The notes beneath the pieces are model-generated. The model searched no databases. It saw only the letters and a program-made list of their open reading frames with translations, and was not told where the DNA came from. The translations under genes and the position numbers were made by a program. Below, piece by piece: positions 12,311 through 25,100 of a stretch of 64,000 bases of DNA; within the stretch, counting starts at the first letter, position 1, and each line of letters begins with the position of its first letter. The stretch is from Dipteris shenzhenensis (Eukaryota). The stretch is from NCBI GenBank assembly GCA_047967505.1, contig CM106538.1. One strand, written 5' to 3'.

Positions 12311-13277
12311 ATGAGAGATATCTTGTTGATACCTCCAGCCAAGAAACCTAAGGATGATGGAAAGGTCGTAGAGGTGTTTCACCAACTTCATACCAGAGGC
12401 AAGGTTGCCTCTATGAAGGGTCCCTCAGGGAAAGACTCAAAGAAACAATGTTTGTCTTGCAATCCCAAACATTAGTGAGGATGGTGCAAATTCAGCAGAA
12501 GCTCCTACAACTTGGACCAAGGATCAGAGTAGCTATCCAAACTATGAATGATGACTTGACAAAAGACTGTATCATGGCTTTAGCATAGAAAGAAAAACAT
12601 GTCACTTGCACAATCATGCTTGCAGTTCTATAGTAAGTATATCTTTCTATGTCAATGGTGTTTATGTCTTTGTAGCATTCACTTTTTCATAAGCTAAGTG
12701 AAGTTATTTTTTGTAGTTTTTTGAAGAGTCAGATCCAAAGGAGCCTTCAGCACTCTATGTATATAGTTGATCTAGCTATATCTTTCAAGTTGAAAGATAA
12801 CAAGACATCAACCAAAAGCATTTCCAACTGGTTTTGTTTTTGTAATTTGGATGTGGTTGATATGATTCTCCTCCCATATTGCTCAGAGTATGTTCCTTGA
12901 CCTTTTCCACTACTACCCTCTATTGACAAAATCCTGATTGTTTAAATTAAATTTACACCCTCTTGGTCTAATCCCCTCATGTTATTTGTTTCTCTTGTAA
13001 CAATCATTGGAGTTTGGTACATAAAGATGTACAGCAAAAGCTATGCTATCCATTCAACTCCTTAAAGGGTACCCACCTGGGTTTAGAATTTTAAGTCAGT
13101 CATTGCCTATACTTTTGCTCTTAAATGCGATTTTCAAGTTTTCTCTTGAAAAGTCAGCCATATCACATTTACTTGTAGAAGTATGAATTTTATAACTTGT
13201 TGCCCTAGAGACTAATGGATGCACTGGGCCTCCATGATCCAAAGTTAACGATGTTAGATTCAGCTCACCCAATGCCA
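12311..13277 (+). pseudogene. Ulp1/SENP-like C48 SUMO protease, 5' part (up to the Copia A insertion)
   Basis: Spliced translation MNDDLTKDCIMALA...QFY / ...SISNWF...LDVVDMILLPYCSD-NHWSLVHKDVQQKLCYPFNSLKG / ...AHPMP fits the C48 LND, W..D..LLP, HW.L...D and DSL motifs. Donors near 12632 and 12888; acceptor at 13000 is mutated. Confidence 0.7.
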
Positions 13278-13546
13278 TGTTGAGAGTTCACGTTCAATAT
13301 CATGTGATCATGTGTGCATAGCACCATCACGTGATCATATGTGCATAGCACTAACCTTATAGAGTGCTATAAAGGAAAGGGTTAGATCCCCTAACCCTAA
13401 CCCTAACCCTAACCCTAAATGGGTTTGTATATATTCTATTTTTTCAACTAAATCTAGTGTACAGTTAGTCATTTGTGGTGTACTCTCTAGCTATGCCCTC
13501 TCTCCTCATCTCCACTCTTCTCCTCTCCCCTCTTCATATTTTGTCA
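13278..13546 (+). repeat. 5' LTR of Copia A
   Basis: TGTTGAGAG...TTTGTCA followed by a tRNA-iMet-type PBS; contains (CCCTAA)5 at 13389-13418. Confidence 0.95.
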
Positions 13547-16231
13547 TGGTATCAGAACATGGTTCTACCTTCCACTGAGGTGCCATCCTTCTTGTGAGAG
13601 TGATTGAGAGATTTAGAGATCGAGAGAGATTGAGTGTTGCATTCTCTTCTGTTGAGAGAAAATTCCGTCCATTGAAAGAAATTTCCATCATTTGATTCCG
13701 TCCACGTGAGAGAGAGAGACTTCCATTCATTAAGAGGGATTTAGTGTGTTTTCTTGGAGAGATTGAGTCCTTGGGAAGAATTTTTTCACTGTGATGCTCT
13801 TTGAGAGTTTCCTAAGGTCTTGTAAGTCTTCTTGAGAGAGAAAAGGTCTGGTGGTGGTGGTCTAGAGCCTCCTTCAGAACTAAGAGAAAGATATGGGAGT
13901 ACAAGGACTCAGCTATTATAGCATCAATGAGCTTCCATGAATGGCTCTAATGGTAGCACAAGCATGGACGGCTCAAGCATCTACAACTTCTCCTTCAATT
14001 GACAGCCATACGGGCTTTGCATCTTAGAACACGGATGTTGATTGTCATAGCCAGAGCTCCCTCAATGACCAAAGCTCCCACACAAGGCTAGCTCCAAAGG
14101 CTCAGCCCACCGACTCGAATTCCTGGCTCTCCACAGCTAGCAATGTCAACAGCCTTGGACCTCCATCGAATGCACAACCTCTAAGGCCTTCAAGCCTACC
14201 AGAGCCAATGGGCCTGCTCCAGTAAATAACACGCCTCCCCCAAGAGCTCCTAGCTGCTCAACAAACCTCACGGCCATCTCCATCTCTGGCCAGCCCAAGC
14301 TCCCAGTCAAAGTGCTGCTCCTATGATAGTAATCCGCCTTTTGCAAACTTGAAGACTTCAAGTGTCAATGCCTTCTTTAGATGTGTAACACCAGCCCATG
14401 CTCTTTTCCTGCTCTAGCTGGCTGGTCACTACGAGTCTACCAATGGCCACTGCAAGCTACTACACAGAGCTTTTTCGCCAAGCCAGCTTCTCCAAGCAAC
14501 TGCACCCTTCCACACCTTGCAAACGGCTTCCACCAGTGCCATCAGCAACTCCAGATGACCTCCATAAGCCTCTTGCAAAGCATCTTCTGCGACCAACCCA
14601 CGGCTCCTCCAACCAAAGCTCCAACCAGTAGGGCTGGGCCCATGGCTCATGATAACTCCTACACCAACTGATAGTAAAGCTCCTCCCACCATCAGCAGAT
14701 CTGCAGCTTGAATTCTACAAGCTCCTCGAGGTCTCGTAGCTCCTCAATGCACCAAGCTTCTCCAACGGCTATAGCCCGACTTGTCAGATGAACGGCTACC
14801 TCCAACCTCTGCCAATGCTCTCCACAAGGCTCTCGGATCCTAGCTCTACACCTATGCCACCCTCTACACCCTACGCCACTATAGATAAGCTCACGGGCTA
14901 CACACAGCTAGCCGACTCTTCACACGATGGAAGGCTCCAACTGAGTCTTTGATCCAACAAAAGGCTACAGATGACTAGCATGAACGGAATCTTTCAAAGA
15001 TTCTGATGCATCTTGTTAAGATTCTGCTAGGCTCCCACGTGGAGTCTTATCCAATTGCCATGTCATGAAGCACCCTGGATGTGCCATGTGTACCTATCTT
15101 ATCGTCTGCCATGTGGCACCCTTATCCATAGTGCCATGCCATCTGCCACAATGGCAACCACGTCATCATTGTCACGTCAGTAGGCCACGTCAGCACTACC
15201 ACATTAGCAGTCCACATCAGCACTGACACATCATCTACCACATCACCTGCCAAGTCATTTGCCATATCATCATTGCCACATCATTTGCTGACATCATCAT
15301 CAGTGCCACCTTAGTAGTCCAATCAGCACTGACCTCTGCAGGCACACAAAGTGCTCCATAGTCACTTCATGTGACCACTCCATAGGCACACCTCTTGGTA
15401 GGCACAGTGCCACATCACACTGCATGTGACCCACAGTGACACATCATCATTGAGCACCATTTGCACTCCTTTTTCCCCTCCACCTAGATCAAGTCGTATC
15501 TCTTGATCCAGGAAGAATTTGAGGGCGCTCCAAAAAGGAAAGACACTCATTTTTTTGTGCTCTACATGCTCATCATATCACACACACATTTTGGTGCAAG
15601 TTACACACACATTTTAGCCTCATCGACAAAACCACTTCCTTCACGCACATTTGCCTCTACATCGATGCATCTGACTCAGCACTTAAAAAGAACAAAAGAA
15701 AAGGAATTATTTGCTGTTCTTTCATCGATTGATGGTTGGTATAGATTTAGATCAGAGTAGACTAGATCGCCATAGAGGGGATGCTTTGAATTTCCCCAAG
15801 TTGCCAATCTAAGCCATGCCTGAAATTCTTGACTAGTACCTACTTGGAGTCAGTCCATACGCTCACATACGGTTTCACATAATTACATTACCTAAACCCT
15901 TACATTCATTAGTTCAGTGAGCAAACTTCAGAGAGTTCAGAGGCATTGCAGATTGTTTTAGTGGGCAGATAGCACTTGATTTCACACACACATGCCACCA
16001 TTGTAAAGCCTATTCAACTATCTCATGGCATCGTGCACATCATTTTAGCCTTGTAAAGCCTCTTGGCTATTCCCAGCATCATTGCCACAACCCTTATAAT
16101 ACAGATCAGATTTTATATATTGTAGTTCTATCTCCACCGACGATTCAGAGATTTTACTTGGCATAGTCAGTGTATTTGCAATTGATTCATTCAGAGATTT
16201 TCATTACACTTTTGAGTACATTTCTTGCACC

Positions 16232-17051
16232 ATGTCTACAACTAGCAACCTCAATTTTGAGGCATCTGCTAAGTTAGACAACTCCAATTACGGTACATGG
16301 AAATATTGAATGGAGACCATTCTTGTACTTCAGGACAAATGGGAGTATGTTGATGGGTCTACACCTAGACCATTGGATGATCCAGCCACCAGTAGCTCTA
16401 CTCCACCTATCGTCACATCACCAGTAGTGGCATCTATAGCTACACAAATAGTGTCCGCACCAATAGTAGATCCTGCCATTGCCTAAGCTCAGGCAGAATG
16501 GGATAAGAAAGACAAGTATGCCTATCGTTTGATCAAGCAGAATGTGCAAGATGTCATGCTAGGACAGCTCAACATAGTCAAGACATCAAAAGAAGCATGG
16601 GATATGTTCGCAGCTCTCTACGAGTCCAAGAACACATCCAGGATTCTCACCTTGAGAAACCAAATCAACCAGAGTTTTTGTAATAGTAGCAAAACCGGTC
16701 ATGCTTATGTACTCCGTATAAAAGACAACAACAATCAACTTGCAACAGCAGGAGAGACTATGAACCCCACAGAAATGGTTCAAGTCATTCTGAATGGACT
16801 AGGAGAGGGATACAAGAATCTAGTCTAGAGTATTGCCATCCAACGGCAAATTTCGACACTGGAAGAACTTTAGTCAGTCCTACTTGGAGAAGAACTCAAG
16901 ACTCAGGCCATCCAAGCACGCAAAGGTCATTCTAATGATCAGGCATTCACAGCTTCAGACAGAAGCAGAGGTAGAGGCAGAGAGCTAGATCATATCAGAA
17001 AAGTGGTCATCATCAGCAACAAAATCAAAGTTAGCATTAGCATCAGCATCA
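16232..17051 (+). pseudogene. gag: Copia A gag, N-terminal part
   Basis: MSTTSNLNFEASAKLDNSNYGTWKY*ME...WEYVDG...TSKEAWDMFAALY...; several stops; interrupted at 17052 within a Q/H-rich tract. Confidence 0.9.
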
Positions 17052-17410
17052 TGTAAACTACTCGGTGCTTTCTATCAATTCAGACAATAGATTTTGCAGA
17101 GGCGTTTGAATGAAATGATTGCGAGTTGCCAAACACATATACTTGAACTTAAGAGATTGAAATTAAGCTAGAATTAAGATTTATACAGTTTAAACACAAA
17201 GTGACATCATTGGAAATTGCAATATGATTGAGGGGCCAAGACGGGCCCCCCCCCCCACATGGCAAGTGGCAGGGCATGCAAGCCAAGTGTCTGGCCCCAA
17301 ATCTGGTAGATTTGGGGCAGCGCTGTCCTCTTTGGGACTACAGCCCACCAAGCCCACCAAAAATCTAGGACGAGTGTCCACCTTCCACTCTAAGCTTGGG
17401 GGGGGCTGAG

Positions 17411-17746
17411 TGTGAAGATAGTGGGAGAGAGGGAAGGAATCTCACTTGTGCCACAATGGGGGAATACACACAAAGGTGGAGGTTGAAAACAGTTTTCCTC
17501 TTCTTAGTTGTGAAAGCCAAAAGAACTCAAGTACAAAGAAATAGGAGAACCCTATATGTGGGTCTCAAACCAAACTCAGCTATCTAAGGTGGCATACTAA
17601 CTGAGCCACGAACTAGAGTACATAAGGATAGCTATCATCCAGCTATTATTCATGGGCAGTGTACCAACCGCATCTGCAACTAACAAGTCGGTGACATAAA
17701 TGCACAACAGTCACCGTGGCATATCATGGAGCTCGATATCTCAACA
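17411..17746 (-). repeat. Copia C outer 3' LTR
   Basis: TGTGAAGATAG...TCTCAACA adjacent to a PPT. Confidence 0.95.
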
Positions 17747-17772
17747 CTCTCCCTCGAGCTCAATCCCAATTT

Positions 17773-20384
17773 CTACACACCAAGTAGGTCTCTGAACTTG
17801 CACAACTTCTTTGCGCCCAATGCCTGCGTGAATACGTCAGCTACCTCATCCTCTGTGCTGACATAAACTAGATCAATAAGACCTAGTAAATTCTTCTCCC
17901 GCACATAGTGATAATGCACCTCAATGTGCTTTGTTCTAGCATGATAGACTGGGTTATTTGCCAAGTGTATCTGCTCATGTTGTCATAATAAATGACAGCT
18001 GGCCCATCTGTAGACTGATGCATATCATAAAGTAGCTTATGCAACCAAGCTACCTCACATGCAGCCATTGCTGCACCCCTGTACTCAGCCTCTGTGCTCG
18101 ACAAGGCAAATGTAGGCTGTTTCTTTGCTGCTCCAAGTGACTGTAGCACTCCCAAAAGAGAACACACATCCACTGGTAGATTGTCTATCAAAAATACTAC
18201 CAGCCCGATCAGCATCAGTGTATCCATGCAATTGTATCTGAACCCCAGCCTCATAAAATAGTCCATACTGCAATGTGGACTTCACATACCTGAGTATGCG
18301 TCTAGCCGCATCCAAATGCGATTTCCTTGGAGCCTGCATAAACTGACTTACCAATCCAACAACATAGCTCAAATCTAGCCTAGTAATAGTTATATAAATC
18401 AAACTTCCTACTATGCGTCTGTACATAGTAGGGTCTTCCAGAAGCTCACCTGCATCTGTGCTCAGCTTCACATTCTGCTCCAAAGGAACTGAAATAGGCT
18501 TATAGCCTGTCATCCCATATTTGGACAACATGTCCAATCCATACTGCCTCTGCAAGAGCCGTATCCCACTTGGTGATCTAATCACCTCAATGCCCAAGAA
18601 ATAATGTAGCTCTCCGAAATCCTTCATCTCAAACTTCTACTTCAATAGCATTTTCACATGAAGGATATCTTCATCACTATCACCTGTGATGATCAAATCA
18701 TCAACATAAATGACAAGCCGCATAATACCTTTCTCTGTTTTTCTCAAATAAAGTGAGAAATCTGCCTTGGAAATCTGAAAGCCAATAGTGACAAGATACT
18801 GTCCTATCTTGTCAGACCATGCTCTAGGTGCTTGCTTCAAGCCATACAAAGCTTTCTTCAACCTGCAAACAAACTCAGAATGAATAGCATGAACATAACC
18901 TGGTGGCTGCTCCATAAACACCTCTTCTTGCAAATCACCATGCAAGAAGGCATTCTTTACATCCATCTGATGTAAAGACCATCCTTTTGATGCAGCCATA
19001 GCAATGACTGCTCTTATAGTTGCCATCCTTGCAACCGGACTGAATGTTTCTTCATAATTAATGCCATATGTCTGTGCATACCCCTTGACTACTAATCTTG
19101 CCTTGTATCTGTTCACGGAACCATCTGCATTGTGCTTGACCTTATAAACCCACTTATAGCCAATTGCATTCTTGCCTTTAGGCAAAGGCACCAATTCCCA
19201 TGTAGCATTAGCATCCAAGGCATCCATTTCTTCATCCATGGCTTTCTCCCATTTTTCATATCCCATGGCTTGCTCAAAAGAAGTGGGTTCTGGTTCCTGT
19301 ATCACTTTGACCATATAGGCATAGTGAATGGCTGTAAATCCATCATATTTCAGCCTATCCACAGGATACCTAACCCTGGTAGACCTGCGCAAAATAGGCT
19401 CACTTCCAGGTGCTCTCAAAACATCCCTGGTCTTCCTTACTCCAGGTGTAACAACAGAAGGAATACCCAACTCATCATCAATGCTCTATTTTGAGCCACT
19501 GGATTCACTATCCACATAAGAGTGACCTGCATTGACATCAAACATGGGCTGATCTACCTTCTCTTTTCCGTTTCGTGATACCTACGTACCACTATCTGCA
19601 TTGCTTTGAGGAGATTCTCCTGGTCTCAATCTGCCTGTCCATGGCGAAGTATGTGAACCACTGCTAGAGGACACTGCAGGTCCACTAATATTTTGTGATT
19701 GCTGCTGTGAATTCTGTGCAGCATTACCATTTTGTGCATCTACATCATCAATCACAATCACTGGTTTATACCAACTGCTCATCTCATCAAAAACAACATC
19801 TCTGCTCACTGTAAACTTACGAGTAGAAGGGTTATAGCATCTACATCCTTTCTACTGCAGAGAATAACCAATAAAGATGCACTTCTCAGCTTTTGGATCC
19901 AACTTGGACCTCAACTCATTTGGCACATGAACATAGGCAATGCAACCAAAAATTTTCAAATGAGAAATATCTGGTTTCCTACCAGTATAGATCTCCTCTA
20001 GCGTCATGCCATGTATTGCTACAGTGGGAGTCCTATTCATTATGTAAATTGCTGTAGCAAGTGCTTCAACCCAATAATAATCTGGAAGGTCTTTTTCATT
20101 TAGCATGGCCCGAGATACCTCTCCAATATGCCTGTTTTTCCTTTCTGTGGGGTATGACTGCATGAATATTGCTGCTTTATGCCATGCTCCTACAGGAATC
20201 TTGCAAACTCATTTGAGAGGTACTCTCCCCCTCCATCTGACCTTAGGCATTTTATTTGCAGGCCTGTTTCTTTTTCAGCCATAGCTTTAAAAGCTTTGAA
20301 ATGCCCAAACATTCACTTTTCTTTTTCATAAAATGCACCCAAACTTTTCTATTGTAGTCATCAATAAAAGTGACAGAATAATGA
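17773..20384 (-). pseudogene. pol: Copia C pol copy 1 (partial integrase, RT, RNase H)
   Basis: RYKARLV, QMDVKNAFL, YVDDL and ARTKHIEVHYH motifs; stops and frameshifts. Confidence 0.95.
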
Positions 20385-20406
20385 CAGCTTCTCTGCGCCC
20401 AATGCT

Positions 20407-21753
20407 CAAACACATATATAAATGAATGAAAAAGAAGATTAGGGTATTCTGCACCCACCAAAACTTGTGTGGCTCTGTATTTCTCTCTCTCCCTCTCAAT
20501 TGATATCAGGGCCCAGGTGATCTAGCTGAGTGTCTGTGAATGCCTAGAAGGAGAAGCTCTGTGGAAAGTGACTTTACTCACATCCGAGTGTGCAGAGACC
20601 TTGGAGGAACCTTTGGAAAAGTCACTTTGGTTTTGCGAAGTGGTTTTGAGAGTCTATTAAGTGTTTTCAAAGAAAAAGTCGTTTTTAAAGCTTTTCCCTG
20701 TTCCGTGCGACGACAGAGACTCCGTATTGACTTGTAGAGGCAACTATTGCTTGCTTTTGGTGTCCATTTCACTTTAGGAGCTTGGAAACACCTTTATTCT
20801 TTCATTGGATTTCTGACTCACTGTGCCAGTTTCTATGTTTTTCTGCCCGGGTGTTGGAACTCAAGTTTGGAGCAACCATTTGCAGATCTATTAGTTCCAG
20901 TGGACTCAGGAATCCTAAAACTTCTATGTTGCTCATCATTCACACTCCGATGGAGTTTACAAAAAGGTATGTTTACAAAAACCTTTTTCAATCCGTGTGT
21001 TAGACCCAATGATTGAGACCATGGTTTCCAAAACTGTCTATCCCATTGCATTTCAGATGCCTAAAAACCCCTACTTGTCAGTTCTTGTGCGATTCGGTGG
21101 AGTATTTTTAGAGTTATAGATCTCTGTGTATTGGATTTCGTCTCTCTATTATGCATTTTTCATTCTAAGGTTTTGAAACCTTATATTGATGCCACATGGT
21201 AGTGGATAAGTGTTGACGCCCATTTCTCACTCATCGGTTGGGATTTTGGAGTTCCAACAGAAGAGAGATATTTGCAAATTTTCTTGCTGAGTCCGATTAT
21301 GCAATGGCGCCCATGTTTTGAGGCATCTTAGGTTCTATTTTTAGTAGCGGTCATTGCCGCGGGACCATGAATTTTTGAGCATACCTTATGCAGATCACTC
21401 TGGTTGTAGTTTGAGCTATGTGCGCTCATTCATGGTGTGCATTGGGTTGCAATGGATGATTTGTAGTTCATTTGGAAGCATTAGGATCCTTATTGGATGC
21501 GCTGATAGGCCTAGATTACCCTGTGGGATGCTGTTTTTTTTGGATGCTTTGCACATGGATGCTATTTTATGCTGAGGGATAGCTTTGACACATTGTAGGT
21601 GATGCACTGATAGTGTTATGCTCTCTTGGATGAGATATTATTGATGCATATGCCCATGGATAGTGTTTATGCTTGAGCCATTTGGCACTTATTGGCATTT
21701 TGGATTGCCATTGCAGTTGGCTTTTTCTTTTGGGCCAGATTTGCTCATATGGA
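20407..21753 (+). mobile_element. Captured fragment of an unrelated LTR element D (LTR end, PBS, 5' leader)
   Basis: ...CTCTCA-AT-TGATATCAGGGC (20501-20512; 10/12 match to TGGTATCAGAGC); no similarity to C and no credible ORF. Confidence 0.6.
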
Positions 21754-22119
21754 TGTGAAGATAGTGGGAGAGAGGGAAGGAGTCTCACTTGCGGCTTTCT
21801 CACATGCACAATGGGGGAATACACACAAAGGTGGAGGCTGAAAACAGTTTTCCTCTTCTTAGTTGTGAAAGCCAAAAGAACTCTAGTACAAAGAAATAGA
21901 AGAACCCTATATGTGGGTCTCAAACCAAACTCAACTAACTAAGGTGGCATACTGACTGAGCCACGAACTAGTGTAGATAAGGATAGCTGTCATCCAGCTA
22001 TTATTCGTGGGCGGTGTACCAACCGCATCTCCAGCTAACAAGTCGGTGACATAAATGCACAACAGTCACCTTGGCATATCGCGAGTGGAGCATCGCGAGT
22101 GGAGCTCGATATCTCAACA
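21754..22119 (-). repeat. Copia C middle LTR (3'-type: PPT present, no PBS)
   Basis: Homologous to the outer LTRs; its flank is ATGGA rather than a PBS. Confidence 0.95.
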
Positions 22120-22145
22120 CTCCCCCTCGAGCTCAGTCCCAATTC

Positions 22146-25100
22146 CTACACACCAAGCAGGTCTCTGAACTTGCACAGCTTCTCTGCGCCCAATGCTTTC
22201 GTGAATATGTCAGCTACCTGATCCTCTATGCTGACATGAACTAGATCAATAAGACCTAGTAAACCTTCTCCCGCACATAGTGATAATGCACCTCAATGTG
22301 CTTTGTTCTGGCATGAAAGACTGGGTTCTTTGCCAAATGTATACTACTCATGTTGTCACAATAAATGACAACCGGCCCATCTGTAGACTGATGCATATCA
22401 TAGAGTAGCTTATGCAACCAAGCTACCTCACATGCAGCCATTGCTGCACCTCTGTACTCAGCCTCTGTGCTCGACAAGGCAACTGTAGGCTATTTCTTGC
22501 TACTCCAAGTGACTGCAGCACTCCCAAAAGAGAACACATATCCACTGGTAGATCGCCTATCAGAAATACTACCAGCCCAATCAGCATCAGTGTATCCATG
22601 CAACTGTATCTGAACCCCAGCCTCATAAAATAGTCCATACTGCAATGTGGACTTCACATACCTGAGTATGCGTCTAGCCGCATCCAAATGCGGTTTCCTT
22701 GGAGCCTGCATAAACTGACTTACCAACCCAACAGCATAGCTCAAATCTGGCCTGGTAATAGTCATGTAAATCAAACTTCCTACTATGCGTCTGTACATAG
22801 TAGGGTCCTCCAGAAGCTCACCTGCATCTGCGCTCAGCTTCACATTCTGCTCCAAAGGAATTGAAATAGGCTTACAGCCTGTCATCCCATATTTGGACAG
22901 CATGTCCAATCCATACTGCCTCTGCAAGAGCTGTATCCCACTTGGTGATCTAATCACCTCAATGCCCAAGAAATAACGTAGCTCTCCCAAATCCTTCATC
23001 TCAAACTTCTGCCTCAATAGCATTTTCGCATGAAGGATATCTTCATCACTATCACCTGTGATGATCAAATCATCAACATAAATGACCAGCAGCATAATCC
23101 CTTTCTCTGTTTTTCTCACATAGAGTGAGAAATCTGCCTTGGAAATCTGAAAGCCAATAGTGACAAGATACTGTCCTATCTTGTCAGACCATGCTCTAGG
23201 TGCTTGCTTCAAGCCATACAAGGCTTTCTTCAACCTGCAAACAAACTCGGGATGAATAGCATGAACATAACCTGCTGGCTGCTCCATAAAGACCTCTTCT
23301 TGCAAATCACCATGCAAGAAGGCATTCTTTACATCCATCTGATGTAAAGACCATCCCTTTGATGCAGCCATAGCAATGGCTGCTCTTACGGTTGCCATCC
23401 TTGCAACCGGGCTGAAAGTTTCTTCATAATCAATGCCATATGTCTGTGCATACCCCTTGACAACTAATCTTGCCTTGTATCTATTCACAGAACCATCTGC
23501 ATTGTGCTTGATCTTATAAACCCATTTACAGCCAATTGCATTCTTGCCTTTAGGCAAAGGCACCAATTCCCATGTAGCATTAGCATCCAAGGCATCCATT
23601 TCTTCATCCATGGCTTTCTCCCATTTTTCATATCCCATGGCTTGCTGAAAAGAAGTGGGTTCTGGTTCCTGTATCACTTTGACCATATAGGCATAGTGAA
23701 TGGCTGTAAATCCATCATATTTCAGCCTATCCACAGGATACCTAACCCTGGTAGACCTGCGCAAAATAGGCTCACTTCCAGGTGCTATCAAAACATCCCT
23801 GGTCTTCCTTACTCTAGGTGTAACAACAGAAGGAATGCCCAACTCATCATCAATGCTCTATTCTGAGCCACTAAATTCACCATCCACACAAGAGTGACCT
23901 GCATTCACATCAAACATGGGCTGATCTACCTTCTCTTTTCCTTTTCGTGATACCTGTGTACCACTCTCTACATTGCTTTGAGGAGATTCTCCTGATCTCA
24001 ATCTGCCTGTCCATGGCGAAGTATGTGAACCACTGCTAGAGGACACTCCAGGTCCACTGATATTTTGTGATTGCTGCTGTGAATTCTGTGTAGCATTACC
24101 ATTTTGTGCATCCACATCAATCATCACATTTACTGGTTTATACCAGCTGCTCATCTCATAAAAAACAACATCTCTGCTCACTGTGAACTTACGTGTAGAA
24201 GGGTTATAGCATCTATACCCTTTTTGCTGTAGAGAATAACCAATAAAGATGCACTTCTCAGCTTTTGGATCCAACTAGGACCTCAACTCATCTGGCACAT
24301 GGACATAGGCAATGCAACCAAAAATCTTCAAATGAGAAATATCTGGTTTCCTAACAGTATACACCTCCTCTGGCATCATGCCATGTATTGCTGCAGTGGG
24401 AGTCCTGTTCATTATATAGACTACTGTAGCAACTGCTTCAGCCCAATAATAATCTGGTAGATCTTTTTCATTTAGCATAGCCCGAGATACCTCTCCAATA
24501 TGCCTGTTTTTCCTTTCTGCAATTCCATGAATATTGCTGCTTTATACCATGCTCCTGCAAGAACCTTGCAAACTCATTTGAGAGGTACTCTCCCCCTCCA
24601 TCTGACCTTAGGCATTTTATTTGCAGGCCTGTTTCTTTTTCAGCCATAGCTTTAAAAGCTTTGAAATGCCCAAACATTCACTTTTCTTTTTCATAAAATG
24701 CACCCAAACTTTTCTATTGTAGTCATCAATAAAAGTGACAGAATAATGATAGCCTCCAATAAATGCAGCTTTAGTAGTACACACATCAGAGTGGATTAAT
24801 TCCAATGGCTTCTTACTCTCTTGAACATGCCTAGGAAATGGTTTCCTTGCCTATTTTCCAAATTGACAGGCTTCACATACCTTATGCATTTCTGCAACCT
24901 TGAATTTAGGCAATCCTGCAACAATATTTTGGGCCTGCATTGATTTAAGTCGATGTACATTAACATGACCAATGCGTTTATGCCAGATATCAATATCTAC
25001 AACTACACCGGTCCCATGTGCAAACATTGCTGCACTCAATTCAGGCATGTCCGCATCCAACGTAAACATCCTACCCTTCTTCTTTCCTTTTGATATCAAG

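Noticed and set aside
12747-13278. Minus-strand continuation of the BAH ORF across Copia A
   Set aside because: Many stops and no motifs; the plus strand gives coherent Ulp1 motifs and splice sites.
13389-13418. True telomere or healed chromosome end
   Set aside because: Only 30 bp, internal to an LTR, with a shorter counterpart in the sister LTR.
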